A DNA stretch of 64,000 nucleotides, from assembly GCA_041658785.1 (NCBI GenBank), contig JBAZZL010000003.1:639-64638 (forward strand), given 5' to 3'. Position numbers and translations under genes: made by a program. The notes under the pieces were generated by a model. That model ran no database searches. It was not told where the DNA came from and saw nothing but the letters and a program-made list of their open reading frames with translations. The stretch comes from Patescibacteria group bacterium. GTDB taxonomy: Bacteria; Patescibacteriota; Patescibacteriia; Magasanikbacterales; UBA922. Positions 47,131 through 57,833 of the stretch are shown in pieces (position 1 is the stretch's first letter; each line of letters begins with the position of its first letter).

Positions 47131-48504
47131 TTATACTGACGTTTCTTGTTGATAAGATGTGGCGATCAGCAAAGCGGGTAAGAGCCAAAATAATATTGCC
47201 AAATCATTTTTTATATATGGACTGTCAACTAAGCCAGTAACAACAATCGCGGTCATACTCGCGAGTAAAAAGATTGAAAGATTAAAAGATTGAAAGCTTG
47301 ACGTATTATCTTTAATCTTACAATCTTTTAATCTTTTAATCTTTAATACCCCAATTATTCCAGTTTTGAAGAACCAGACCATTATTAACAGAAAACCCAC
47401 AAGTCCGGTTAAACCCAAACCCACCCACATCGTTAAGAAAATATTATGCGGATGATGAAAGATTTCAATGCCCTCGCCGTTGACCGCAGTGTGATAGGGA
47501 ATGATTTTTTCTTTATAAGACGCCAGACCGGCGCCGAAGATTGGGTTGTCTTTTAGAAATTGCCAGGTTTCCTGATAAATAGAGAGGCGGATTTGGCCGG
47601 AGCGGTCTTGGAGAGTTAATTCTTTTTTGATGGGATTGTAAGCGGGGAGAAGGGCAAGGGTAAGGAGGCCGGAAGCCAGAAGGATGATGGTGATTAGCCG
47701 CGTTTTTTTATAAAAAAATAATAAGAGCGCGATTCCCGCGGCGAGGCCGGCGAGGCCGCCGGTGGATTTGGCGAAAATAATTGCCAGTGGTGATGAAATT
47801 AGAAATAAGAAACTAGAAACTAGGGTCAGCCAGTTTCCAGTTTCCAGTTTCCAGTTTCTTTTTTTCAACCTCTGAAAAGATTGGATTAGCAAATATAACG
47901 CAATCGGCACAATCGGCGCAAGAAACAATCCTACCGCATTCGGAAATCCATACCACCCAGTAACGCGGAAGGCGTTGCCGTTTTCCCAAAATGCGTAAGG
48001 AACCATGAAACCCGTGAAATGTTGATAGATGGCGAGAAGCGAAGTTGCCAGTCCGGATAGAATGAGAGCAAATAGGATTAAAGATTGAAGATTGAAGATT
48101 AAAGATTTTGTGGTTGATTGTTGATTGTTGATGGTGGTAATTAGGATAATGAAGATTAGAAACGGTTCAATGTAAAACGCTTTCCATTCCCCAGCCGCCG
48201 CTCGGACGTCAACCGAAGTGAATATTGAAGCGGTGGCGGCTACCAGGAAAATGAATGACCCGATGAATAAAATTTTATGTCGTAAAATCTGAAATCTGAA
48301 ATTTGAAATCTGAAATCTTTTGACAATCCAAACGGCGATGATAATCCAAATCATCGCTTCCAGCAGTGTCGTCGGCAACGGTCCAATATTGAAGCGGATT
48401 AAATATGTCGGCAATAGGAGAAATAAAAAAAACAGGCTGAGGCGGAAACGCAACCACGTGATTAAAACGAAGAATAATGAGTAAAGAATAATGAGTAGCG
48501 GCAT
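47131..48504 (-). CDS. O-antigen ligase / polymerase family membrane protein (Wzy_C domain)
   Basis: >10 TM helices; periplasmic loop with ...IFGAGLASY. The gene contains four 7-8-bp tandem-repeat tracts. Confidence 0.65.
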   Translation of the reverse strand: MPLLIILYSLFFVLITWLRFRLSLFFLFLLLPTYLIRFNIGPLPTTLLEAMIWIIIAVWIVKRFQISNFRFQILRHKILFIGSFIFLVAATASIFTSVDVRAAAGEWKAFYIEPFLIFIILITTINNQQSTTKSLIFNLQSLILFALILSGLATSLLAIYQHFTGFMVPYAFWENGNAFRVTGWYGFPNAVGLFLAPIVPIALYLLIQSFQRLKKRNWKLETGNWLTLVSSFLFLISSPLAIIFAKSTGGLAGLAAGIALLLFFYKKTRLITIILLASGLLTLALLPAYNPIKKELTLQDRSGQIRLSIYQETWQFLKDNPIFGAGLASYKEKIIPYHTAVNGEGIEIFHHPHNIFLTMWVGLGLTGLVGFLLIMVWFFKTGIIGVLKIKRLKDCKIKDNTSSFQSFNLSIFLLASMTAIVVTGLVDSPYIKNDLAILFWLLPALLIATSYQQETSV

Positions 48505-48564
48505 ATTGCTTATTGTTTATCGCTTAGTTTCAATTCAGCGATAGGCGATAGGCGATATTTTCAA

Positions 48565-49983
48565 TCAATGCAACGATACTATTTCTTTTATTGTTTCTTT
48601 TGATATTCCACCAAGCGCGAGCAGCATGAGAGAGTAAACTGCGCCACCGATGATTGCGAGCATTATTACATGTAGATCTTTTAATAAAAATAACATTGCG
48701 GCCATGACAATCGCAGAGAAAATTATTTTAGCCAGTGTTTGCATCTGCAACTTTTCTTGGCTGTAATGCCGGATGGTAAAAAACAACATTATTCCGGCGT
48801 AGAGTTCGGAAAATACAGTCATCCATGCCGCGCCGTACATGCCGTATTGAGGAATGAAAATTAAATAGCCGATAAGCGTAATAATTGCGGTAGAAATATA
48901 AATCCAGATAGTCTGCTTTTGTTTGTTGATGGCGACCGCGGTGTGGCCAAAGACCGCACCGAGATACAGGCCAAAAACGGCAATGGCCAAGATTTGGAGG
49001 GCGTCGCCCGAAGCAATGAATTTTGGTCCAGCCACCAGCAACATTATTTTTTTAGCCAGCATGATTACTCCTATGGCCATGGGCACGGCAATCGCCATCA
49101 TGGCGTCAAACGATTGCTGGTAATGTCTTCTAAATCCCAATTTTAAATGGCGCGACCAGTGATAAGCCAAAAGCGGCAGCATTACGCCCATCAGCATCAT
49201 AGCCAGCTGGGTCAAAATATCAATTACTCGATAAGCAGCGCCATATATTCCCACTTCGGTTTGATCGCGGAAAATTGACAGGAGAATTACGTCTCCTTTT
49301 AAATAAATTACATTGAAAATTATGGAAACGGTGATTGGCCACATCTTCACCATGATTGTTTTCCAGATCTGCCAGTCAAAAGCAAAACCAGCCGGACTTT
49401 CTTGATTGGCGCAAATCCACAAGAACGCAGTATAAACAACGCTTGAAGCAACTACTACCCACACCAGAGTTAAAAAAGACGCTTGCAAGTTGATTAAAAG
49501 CCACAGACCAAGGACCAAGATTACCCTCCCAAGATTTTCGCCAATAACCTGAAAAAGCATCTTTAATTTAGTCTGATAAAAGCCGATCAATACCTGATTC
49601 ATGGCAATCGCAAAGAAGGAAATGGTGGTAAAGCTAATTGCCAGTTTAACTTCCAGCGGATAAGGGAAAAACAGCGCGATCAGCGGGGCGATCGCTAGAA
49701 ATATAATAGCGGTAGTAAAGCGGAAACCAAGCAGATTTTTGAATAATTGTTTTTTATCAAAAGCCGGCTCGCTCATCATCTGCGCTGTTACCGGCACCAA
49801 GCCGAAGTCAATCAGGATCCCGACAAAACCTAGAAAAGAAATAACGGTAATATACCAGCCAAACTGCTCTTGGCCCAAATACCTCGTCATCATGCCGAGC
49901 GCGAGCAACCCCAAGATTGTTGAGGTAATTTTTCCGATTATCTGAATGATGGTGTTGCGGGCGATTTTTTTTGTTAATGACAT
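48565..49983 (-). CDS. oligosaccharide flippase (Wzx / MOP superfamily)
   Basis: ~472 aa with 12-14 TM helices and polysaccharide-biosynthesis family composition. Confidence 0.7.
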   Translation of the reverse strand: MSLTKKIARNTIIQIIGKITSTILGLLALGMMTRYLGQEQFGWYITVISFLGFVGILIDFGLVPVTAQMMSEPAFDKKQLFKNLLGFRFTTAIIFLAIAPLIALFFPYPLEVKLAISFTTISFFAIAMNQVLIGFYQTKLKMLFQVIGENLGRVILVLGLWLLINLQASFLTLVWVVVASSVVYTAFLWICANQESPAGFAFDWQIWKTIMVKMWPITVSIIFNVIYLKGDVILLSIFRDQTEVGIYGAAYRVIDILTQLAMMLMGVMLPLLAYHWSRHLKLGFRRHYQQSFDAMMAIAVPMAIGVIMLAKKIMLLVAGPKFIASGDALQILAIAVFGLYLGAVFGHTAVAINKQKQTIWIYISTAIITLIGYLIFIPQYGMYGAAWMTVFSELYAGIMLFFTIRHYSQEKLQMQTLAKIIFSAIVMAAMLFLLKDLHVIMLAIIGGAVYSLMLLALGGISKETIKEIVSLH

Positions 49984-50137
49984 AATATCTTGTAACGCGC
50001 AACCTGTAACTTGTAACATACCATGCGTTTTTTGTCATTAAGATAAGTTACAAGTTACCGGTTACACGATGTAGGTTACAGTATATAGGAGAAAATTTCA
50101 ATTGCCACCCATCCGTTATTTTGTTATAATTATTCGC

Positions 50138-52102
50138 ATGAAAAGCAAACTTGGATATAAAAAAACACACATCCGTTCAGGGACGATTTTTTTTATCAGC
50201 CTCGTTTTATTTTTTGCCGCTGGGAATGTCCGAGCAATGGATTCCAAACCAACGATTCGCGATGAGGCTTATGCCGCTAAATATGTTTCCCAATCCATCG
50301 CTGATCCGATTGAGATTGAAGCCGGAACAGTAAAATGGATTAAAGTAAATTTTAAAAATGTTGGCATTGCCGCATGGGATAATGAGGGCAGTCGTCACAT
50401 TTCCGCCTACACTATGGAACCGCGTGATCGGGAATCGGTTTTTTATGGCGCTGGCGGTTGGAAAAGTCCGAAGCAGATCGGCCGCATGGTCGGCACAATA
50501 AAGCCTGGCGAAACAGGAGAATTTGGCATTCCTCTTTATGCTCCGGCGAAAATCGGTGAGTATACGGAAGAATTTTATTTAGCCGCGGAAAATTGGACAT
50601 GGGTGAAAGGAGGCTATTTCTTTTTAGATATTAAAGTAGTTCCAAAGACAGAAGAAGCGGCATCAGATGTTGATGAAAGCGAAACTGGTCCGCCAGCTGG
50701 CGGATTGAAATTTTCCCGCCCCGCATTGCGCGGGGTGGCGGGAGAAACTGAAAATGATGCGAATAAAGACGATGAAGGATCGTATCAAGCCAACCGTTTT
50801 ATTTTAAACAAGAAGTCAGTGACGGCCGCTGGCGGGGAGCGGGTGAAAATTATTTTAGGGTTTCAAAATTTAGGAACTGCCACCTGGAATAATTTTAGCA
50901 TCTCTGCCGGGACACCGACAACGCTAGCCTCCTTGCCGCAAAAAATTTCGCTGGCAGATGACACTTGGCAAGATCCAACGATCATTGTTAGTAAAGATAA
51001 AATTGTTGAACCTTCAGGGATCTTGCGCCAGGAGTTTTATTTTAGAGCGCCGGCAAAAGTTGGAAATTATACGGCTGAATTTGTTTTGTCCGTTGATGGA
51101 AAGTCAATCCATACTGTTTCCATCCCCGTGACAGTAACTTCTGACGCGCCCAGCTATGTTGAAAATCAGATTATACCGCAGGAAGAAATTTTTAAACCGC
51201 GCTTGGCAGAAGAACCGCGCCTCCGGGTTGGGCTGTGGCAGAAGCCGGAGATCAATACAGTACAATTTGTTTCGTATGAAGATGATTATGATGTTTTTGC
51301 CGGAATAGAAAACCGCGGACGGTTGGGAAAAATAAAAATTGGAATTTTAACTTATGCCGGCGGGGTGTATTCTTTTAAAGGCGGCGGAATAAATTTTCGG
51401 ACCAATGATTATATCCGCCTGTCTCCTGCCAGCAACCCGCACGCGGTGTTCACTCTTTACAATTGGACGCGGAATGTTGGTTGGAAAGGTCAAGGTAATT
51501 TCAATAAGTACCGTGGAGCTATGGAATTAAGAATTGGAGAAATAAACCCTGATCTGTGGGTAGTGAATGATTTGCTTTTAGAAGATTATATGAAAGGAGT
51601 CGCAGAAAATGCCAATACATCCCCGATTGAATACCTCAAAGCCCAGTCTGCGGCGCAGAGGTCGTACGCGTATTATACCAAGCAGAGCGATAAGTATGGG
51701 ATCTTTGATCTTGTCGCGACTACTGGAGACCAGCTTTATCTGGGATATAATAGCGAAGGGTTGCTTTCAAATTTTGTCACGGCAGTTGAGGCAACGCGCG
51801 GATACATGGCAACCTATGATATTGACTCAGATGCATCCACCCCAAACGAAGTGGTTATTACTCCTTATTATGCCAATTCCGACGGCCGCACTCGTTCGTG
51901 GAAAGAGGTCTGGGGCGGGGCAAACAAGGCGTGGCTGGTTTCTGTCACAGCTAATTATGATATTGGTAGAAAAATGTACGGCCATGGCGTGGGTATGAGC
52001 CAGCTTGACGCTTCTGCCCGGGCCAAAGCCGAGGGCTTGACATGGCAGGAACTGGTGAAGTATTATTATAAAGGGGTGGAGGTGGAGAGGATTTATGAAT
52101 GA
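50138..52102 (+). CDS. SpoIID/LytB-domain protein with a signal peptide and N-terminal tandem beta-sandwich repeats
   Basis: C-terminal SpoIID signature (NTSPIEYLKAQSAAQRSYAY..., GHGVGMSQ). Confidence 0.7.
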   Translation: MKSKLGYKKTHIRSGTIFFISLVLFFAAGNVRAMDSKPTIRDEAYAAKYVSQSIADPIEIEAGTVKWIKVNFKNVGIAAWDNEGSRHISAYTMEPRDRESVFYGAGGWKSPKQIGRMVGTIKPGETGEFGIPLYAPAKIGEYTEEFYLAAENWTWVKGGYFFLDIKVVPKTEEAASDVDESETGPPAGGLKFSRPALRGVAGETENDANKDDEGSYQANRFILNKKSVTAAGGERVKIILGFQNLGTATWNNFSISAGTPTTLASLPQKISLADDTWQDPTIIVSKDKIVEPSGILRQEFYFRAPAKVGNYTAEFVLSVDGKSIHTVSIPVTVTSDAPSYVENQIIPQEEIFKPRLAEEPRLRVGLWQKPEINTVQFVSYEDDYDVFAGIENRGRLGKIKIGILTYAGGVYSFKGGGINFRTNDYIRLSPASNPHAVFTLYNWTRNVGWKGQGNFNKYRGAMELRIGEINPDLWVVNDLLLEDYMKGVAENANTSPIEYLKAQSAAQRSYAYYTKQSDKYGIFDLVATTGDQLYLGYNSEGLLSNFVTAVEATRGYMATYDIDSDASTPNEVVITPYYANSDGRTRSWKEVWGGANKAWLVSVTANYDIGRKMYGHGVGMSQLDASARAKAEGLTWQELVKYYYKGVEVERIYE

Positions 52103-52664
52103 GAAAATAGGAAATAAAAAAATAGGAAATTCATTAATTATTAATTTAGTATCTAATATTATGTTAATAGAAACAACAATGGGCGGAAGCAGGAGGGCAG
52201 AAGGCGGGACAGATTTTTTTGGCGCAATGCGCGAAGAATTATCTCATTTTGATTATGCCAATTCCGACTACTGTACTCGTTCGTGGAAAGAGGTGTTGGC
52301 TGGACTAAGCAAAGGGCTTGATATACTGAAAAGATTAAAAGATTATAATGAAGATATGGATTACAAAGATAGCATAGGTGAAATTCAAGAAAGTCAGGAG
52401 GACTTTGATAGAAGACAGAAAGAAGAGGAAGACATAATTAGGATAGTTTTAAACGGGTTGAACGATATTTTTTCGTCTCATTTCAATGATGTTTCCATAG
52501 AGAGTATTGAAAGTGGATTATCTGATAAAGTGAAAAAGCGTTTTGGTATATCCAGAACTGCACATGGTGTTTTTGATGAATACTACAGGACTATTGACGA
52601 GGCTATAGGTTTAATTGAAGGAACAATGAGTTGGGCAAAAGATAAGAATAAAGAAAATGTCTAG
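52095..52664 (+). CDS. hypothetical protein containing a 45-bp duplicated segment of the upstream SpoIID gene
   Basis: YANSDYCTRSWKEV (52254-52297) duplicates YANSDGRTRSWKEV (51872-51915) at the DNA level. Confidence 0.35.
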   Translation: MNEKIGNKKIGNSLIINLVSNIMLIETTMGGSRRAEGGTDFFGAMREELSHFDYANSDYCTRSWKEVLAGLSKGLDILKRLKDYNEDMDYKDSIGEIQESQEDFDRRQKEEEDIIRIVLNGLNDIFSSHFNDVSIESIESGLSDKVKKRFGISRTAHGVFDEYYRTIDEAIGLIEGTMSWAKDKNKENV

Positions 52665-52717
52665 AGAGCTTATAAAAATCTTAAATTCTAAAAAAACGTG
52701 TTCAAACTGGAAAATTT

Positions 52718-53800
52718 CTAATTTCCAATCTCTTCTTCTGTGCTCGTCGCCTCTCCAGGCATTCCCTTTTCCTCCTCCGGCGCTTCGCCTTTGTCTACTA
52801 CTTCCCAAATTTTATCTCTGATTTCTTTAATTAATTTGGGATTTTCTTTCAAAAATAATTTTACTTTTTCTCTGCCCACTCCCAACTTTTCTTCGCCATA
52901 ACTGTAGCTGTTGCCGGATTTGTTCACCACTTTGTGCAGTACGGCCGCGTCAAGCGTGTCGCCAGACATTGAAATACCCTCATTGTACATGATATCAAAT
53001 TCCGTGGTGCGGAAAGGAGCCGCGACTTTGTTTTTTACTACTTTTACTTTTACCCGGTTGCCGATTACTTTTTCGGCTTGCTTTATTTGGGCAGACCGCC
53101 GCACTTCAATTCGGATTGAAGAATAAAATTTCAAGGCGTTGCCGCCGGTCGTGGTTTCCGGATTGCCGAAAAAGACGCCGATTTTCATTCTGGTTTGATT
53201 GATAAAAATAACAATCGTTTTGGTTTTGCTGACAATACCGGCAAGCTTGCGCAAGGCCTGGCTCATTAGTCTGGCTTGCAAACCCATATGCGAGTCGCCC
53301 ATCTCGCCTTCTATTTCCGCTCTTGGCACCAGAGCGGCGACAGAATCAATTACTACGATATCTACGGCGTTAGACCTTACTAACGTTTCCAAAATTTCCA
53401 ATGCCTGTTCGCCGGTATCCGGCTGGGAGATCAAAAGATTGTCCACGTCAACGCCAATCTTGCGCGCGTAATCAGGATCAAGCGCGTGTTCAGCGTCAAT
53501 AAAGGCGGCGATGCCGCCCTCTTTTTGGACTTCTGCGATAATATGCTGGGAGAGGGTTGTCTTTCCGCTTGATTCCGGTCCAAAGATTTCAATCACTCTG
53601 CCTCTCGGCACGCCTTTTACGCCAAGAGCAATATCAAGCGATATCGGGCCGGTTGATACGGCATCCACTTGCATGACGCGCGATTCGCCGAATTTCATGA
53701 TCGCGCCGTCGCCGTATTTTTGCTTAATTTGTTCCACAGCCATTTCAGCTGCTTTAATTTTGCCGGTTTGGCCGTTGGTGTCAGTTGTTGTTTTTGCCAT
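52718..53800 (-). CDS. recA: recombinase RecA
   Basis: Walker [11 protein letters not shown]1/L2 loops, acidic tail. Confidence 0.9.
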   Translation of the reverse strand: MAKTTTDTNGQTGKIKAAEMAVEQIKQKYGDGAIMKFGESRVMQVDAVSTGPISLDIALGVKGVPRGRVIEIFGPESSGKTTLSQHIIAEVQKEGGIAAFIDAEHALDPDYARKIGVDVDNLLISQPDTGEQALEILETLVRSNAVDIVVIDSVAALVPRAEIEGEMGDSHMGLQARLMSQALRKLAGIVSKTKTIVIFINQTRMKIGVFFGNPETTTGGNALKFYSSIRIEVRRSAQIKQAEKVIGNRVKVKVVKNKVAAPFRTTEFDIMYNEGISMSGDTLDAAVLHKVVNKSGNSYSYGEEKLGVGREKVKLFLKENPKLIKEIRDKIWEVVDKGEAPEEEKGMPGEATSTEEEIGN

Positions 53801-53914
53801 AGTTTTTTGTTATAAGTTGAAAAAAGGAGGATAATCCTCCGATTGTGGATGTACAATACTGGTTTTTTAACAACGTGTCAAATAGGCGCGCATTTCTCTG
53901 GGGATGAGTTTTTG

Positions 53915-54592
53915 CTACTCTTTTAATACTACGTATCTTGTTTCGCTAGTTTTTTTTCCGTGTTTTTTTTCCGCTGTTACCACAATAGTATTTAGGCCGG
54001 GAACAAGGTTGATAATTTCATTAAATTGTCCGTCTTTTTTAGTTATTATTTTTTTGTCGTTTATTGAAACACCCGTTTCTTTTTCGGTTTTACCTTGAAC
54101 AGTCACGGTTGATTGGTTGCTTACGTACCCATTTTGCGGCGCCAAAAGCGTGAGTTCAGGCGGTTCAATAATATTTTTTACTTGAACAGCGAGATAGGTA
54201 ACAAAGGCTATTACCACTAAGGCGGCAAGAGCAAATCTGATTATTGACGGGATATTGCTCAAACTGATGTTTTGAATGTGTTTTTTTGGATGAGCCGCTC
54301 TTTCCGTGTTTTTTGTGTAATTTATTTCTTCTTCAATAAATTGCCGCAAAAAAGGAGCTGGTTCAATATTTATTGCCTCTAAATATTTTTTTACAAAATT
54401 TTTTTGATATATTTCTCCTTTAGGCAGTTTGTCAAATTCGCAAGCCTCTATTGCGCGCAGATGTTTTTTGCTGATCCGCGTTTTTTTTGAAAGAGCGGTC
54501 AAATTAACGCCCCTTTCTTTGCGAGCTTCTTTCAAACGCAAACAGATTCTTTTGGTTGCGGTTATTTTTTTTTTCTTAAAGACAGCGGCCAT
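53915..54592 (-). CDS. RodZ-like protein: N-terminal XRE HTH, single TM helix, C-terminal beta domain
   Basis: LKEARKERGVNLTALSKKTRISKKHLRAIE HTH; TM helix IIRFALAALVVIAFVTYLAV. Confidence 0.6.
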   Translation of the reverse strand: MAAVFKKKKITATKRICLRLKEARKERGVNLTALSKKTRISKKHLRAIEACEFDKLPKGEIYQKNFVKKYLEAINIEPAPFLRQFIEEEINYTKNTERAAHPKKHIQNISLSNIPSIIRFALAALVVIAFVTYLAVQVKNIIEPPELTLLAPQNGYVSNQSTVTVQGKTEKETGVSINDKKIITKKDGQFNEIINLVPGLNTIVVTAEKKHGKKTSETRYVVLKE

Positions 54593-54638
54593 ACCACAAA
54601 TAACAAATAACAAATAACAAATACAATTTTACCAATTA

Positions 54639-57188
54639 CTAATATCGTTCCTTTTCGTTTATTTTTTCTTCATCTTCTTCTAATTCTTCTTCATTTTTGT
54701 TTTCGTCTTTATCAAAAATTTCTTGCTCGCTTTCTTCCTCCACATCTGTTTCCGTTTCTTCTGTAACATCTTCGTTATAGTTTTCATCACCGGGTCCGTC
54801 ATTGTCTTTTTTTTCGTAATCATTATTTTTTATCTCATCATCTATCTCATCATCTTCCGCATTATTTCCAATTTCTTCATCAGAGTTTTCTTCATTTTTT
54901 TGGTTGCTGCCAGCTGATGGTTGTTCGTCGTCATCATTGAAAACATTTAAATTTCTGCCCGTATCGGTATCAATTTCCACTTCAGTTACGAGGATTTCAC
55001 GCGGCTTCGCGCCATCCGCTGGTCCGATTATTCCCGCTTCTTCCAATTCATCCAGAATGCGGGCGGCTCGCGCGTAGCCAATTTTTAATTTTCTTTGCAA
55101 AAATGAGGCGCTAGCTTTGCCAGCCTCAAAAATGGATTGTTTTGCTTCATTGAATAAGGGGTCTTGGTCATCACTCGGGCCGCCAAATAAATTTAATGTG
55201 CCACGGACGTTTTGTTTATCAACAATTGATTCATCGTATGCCGCATCCTCGCCTTTGGTGAGGTATTTTGTTATCGCCTGCAGTTCTTCTTCTGAAATAA
55301 AAGCTCCTTGGATGCGGATTGGTTTTGATAATTCCGCGGTTAAAAGCAGCATATCGCCGCGGCCCAAAAGTTTTTCCGCGCCGGGCATGTCAAGGATAGT
55401 TCTGGAATCAACCAGTGATGCCACAGAAAACGCAATCCGCCCGGGGATGTTGGCTTTCATTAATCCGGTAATAACGTCCACACTCGGCCTCTGGGTAGCT
55501 AGAATCAAATAAATGCCGACGGCCCGAGCCATTTGGGCCAGGCGGATAATTCCCGGTTCAACCTGGTTGGCCGCAGTTGCCATCAGATCGGCTAGTTCGT
55601 CAATTACAAAAATGATGTGCGGCAGCCGGTTGTTTGGGTGTTGTTTGTTGTACGAATGGATATCTCTATTCCCGGCTTGGGATAAAATTTCAAACCTTCT
55701 TTCCATTTCACTGATGGTCCACCTGAGCGCATTGATTGTTTTTTGGGTATTGGTAATAACCGGGGTAAGCAGATGAGGAATTCCGTCATAACTGGTAAGT
55801 TCAACTCGTTTTGGATCCACTAGAATCATCCGCAAAGTTTCCGCGGTATTTTGGTAAAGCAAACTCAGAAGGATTGTATTTATACAGACGGTTTTGCCAG
55901 AACCAGTCGCCCCGGCGATAAGCAAATGAGGCATGCGCGTAAGATCAATAAACCAGCTTTTGCCGGCAACGTCCGTACCCAGCGCGAGCATCATATTGTG
56001 CGGCCGTTCTTTAAATTCTTTGCTAAGCAGCAGCTCTTTTAGAGTAACGCGCGCGATTTTTTCATTTGGCATTTCAATTCCCACCAATGATTTGCCAGGA
56101 ATAGGCGCTTCAATCCTGATTGGGTGCGCCGCAAGGTTGAGAGAAAGATTATTTGAAAGAGCGGTGATGCGGGAAAGTTTGACGCCTTTTGCCGGCCGGA
56201 CCGAATATTGAGTGACAGAAGGCCCGATGCGAATATCTTCGACATCAACATTAATTTTAAACTGTCTGAACGTATCTTTTATTATCTCCGCGTTTTCTTT
56301 TATATCGCCGCTGGTAGGCTTGCCCTTTTTTGATGAAAGCAAAGAAAGAGGAGGCAGATTTTTTATAATTACGTTTTGCATGTAGGCCGCCTGATCAATG
56401 GCGTTTTTATTTTGTTTTTTTTCAGCCGGGGCTGTTTTTTCTATCTCGCCATCAGCTTCGCCGCCTTCAGCGGCGGCATCTTTTTCTTCACCAATGTTTT
56501 TTGAAAAGAAACGTCGTTTTGTCGGTGTGTCCGAGTCTTCGTTTTCTTCATCATCCACCTCACTTTCATAATTTTCATCAACATCGCCATCATAAATATC
56601 CGAGCCATTTTTTTTGGCGACAAATAAAGTTTTTACCAGATTGGTCAGACTTTTTCCGGCGAATCCAAGCGCGGCGAATAATTTTTTGTGGATTAAGATA
56701 AAGCGGGTTATGGCAGTATTAAAAATCAATAAAATAGAAACAAGAACCAGCGCGATTAAGATTATTATACTCGCCGCTGAACCAAGGTAATTTTTTAACA
56801 ACCATGCCGGCATGCCAAACAATCCGCCGCCATGGCCAGCCAATGCTTGACGCCACATTTCTTCGGTATTAAGCCCGACATGAAACAGGCTTGAGGCAGC
56901 GAGAAAGAAAAGAACCGCGCCAATCAGGTGAGTAGAACGATACTCATACTCCATCTCTCGCATGACGAACCATGCCAAGATCAAGATTATGGCTGGCGCG
57001 GTGAATCGTATAGCGCCAAACAAAAAACTTAAAATATAGTCATTAAGAATAACGCCGATAACTCCCGCTTTTTCAAAAAAACTCAAAATTATCAGGATAG
57101 CTAGGACAGACAACAAAATAGAAATAATACCGCGCGAAAGCACAGGATCCATATAGCTGGATTTGCGGCGGTATTTGTGTTTGGACAT
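54639..57188 (-). CDS. ftsK: DNA translocase FtsK/SpoIIIE with a ~110-aa acidic C-terminal extension
   Basis: N-terminal TM helices, Walker A GATGSGKT, gamma domain (LQRKLKIGYARAARILDELE), then a D/E-rich tail. Confidence 0.9.
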   Translation of the reverse strand: MSKHKYRRKSSYMDPVLSRGIISILLSVLAILIILSFFEKAGVIGVILNDYILSFLFGAIRFTAPAIILILAWFVMREMEYEYRSTHLIGAVLFFLAASSLFHVGLNTEEMWRQALAGHGGGLFGMPAWLLKNYLGSAASIIILIALVLVSILLIFNTAITRFILIHKKLFAALGFAGKSLTNLVKTLFVAKKNGSDIYDGDVDENYESEVDDEENEDSDTPTKRRFFSKNIGEEKDAAAEGGEADGEIEKTAPAEKKQNKNAIDQAAYMQNVIIKNLPPLSLLSSKKGKPTSGDIKENAEIIKDTFRQFKINVDVEDIRIGPSVTQYSVRPAKGVKLSRITALSNNLSLNLAAHPIRIEAPIPGKSLVGIEMPNEKIARVTLKELLLSKEFKERPHNMMLALGTDVAGKSWFIDLTRMPHLLIAGATGSGKTVCINTILLSLLYQNTAETLRMILVDPKRVELTSYDGIPHLLTPVITNTQKTINALRWTISEMERRFEILSQAGNRDIHSYNKQHPNNRLPHIIFVIDELADLMATAANQVEPGIIRLAQMARAVGIYLILATQRPSVDVITGLMKANIPGRIAFSVASLVDSRTILDMPGAEKLLGRGDMLLLTAELSKPIRIQGAFISEEELQAITKYLTKGEDAAYDESIVDKQNVRGTLNLFGGPSDDQDPLFNEAKQSIFEAGKASASFLQRKLKIGYARAARILDELEEAGIIGPADGAKPREILVTEVEIDTDTGRNLNVFNDDDEQPSAGSNQKNEENSDEEIGNNAEDDEIDDEIKNNDYEKKDNDGPGDENYNEDVTEETETDVEEESEQEIFDKDENKNEEELEEDEEKINEKERY

Positions 57189-57419
57189 AATGAACACATT
57201 GTAGCATAAAAAGGGAAATAAGAAAATAAAGAAATAGGGAAAAAATTGATATATACCCCTTCGCCTTATTAATTCCGATCCGCCTTTTGGGCGGATTAAA
57301 TTTTAATTATTTTGTTAAGTTTTAACTATAATTTAACGTTAAGCTACGGGGTATTATACGGAATTTAATTAGCAATTGAGTATAAAAAAAGCCGGTTAGG
57401 CGTTTTTTTAGTGTCTCCC

Positions 57420-57560
57420 ATCTACAAAGCTGTGACACGAGCTCCATGTATTGAGTCAGGCCGGAGGACGGATCACACCTTCCCTTTCGGTTCAGCGGTT
57501 CTGTCGCTACGATCTGACAGCATAAGCTCGCGCACAGCTCTCTAGAGAGGAATTTTATCA
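57420..57560 (+). ncRNA. candidate structured small RNA (possibly an SRP/4.5S-like hairpin); tentative
   Basis: A GC-enriched 140-nt segment folds into a long irregular hairpin (AGCTGTG..CACAGCT outer stem, GTCAGG..CTGAC inner stem). GUCAGGCCGGAGGACGG only loosely resembles the SRP domain IV GUCAGGUCCGGAAGGAAG. Confidence 0.2.
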
Positions 57561-57721
57561 GCATCATATATAGTATACCGCTGTATATGTTTTTGTCAAT
57601 AGAGTCAATAGAATAGATATGTAAGATTTGGCCAGACATTGACAGATTGAGTATATTTTCTTATACTACTGAAACATTATTAGCCAACGGTAGAATTTTA
57701 TAATGTTGTTTGCGCTTGATA

Positions 57722-57800
57722 CCGTCATACATTACTGTGAATTACCTTGAATTACGAAATGGGGGCGGGAATGACAAAAACCGACACTTCGCAATTCAAA
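57722..57800. repeat. reduced copy of the MITE (TIR-like GAATTACGAAA ... TTCGCAATTCAAAG with almost no core)
   Basis: Shares CTGTGAATTACGAAA with the left end of the copy at 43958. Confidence 0.35.
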
Positions 57801-57833
57801 GCATATTAACCAACCAATAGGCTGAAATTTATT

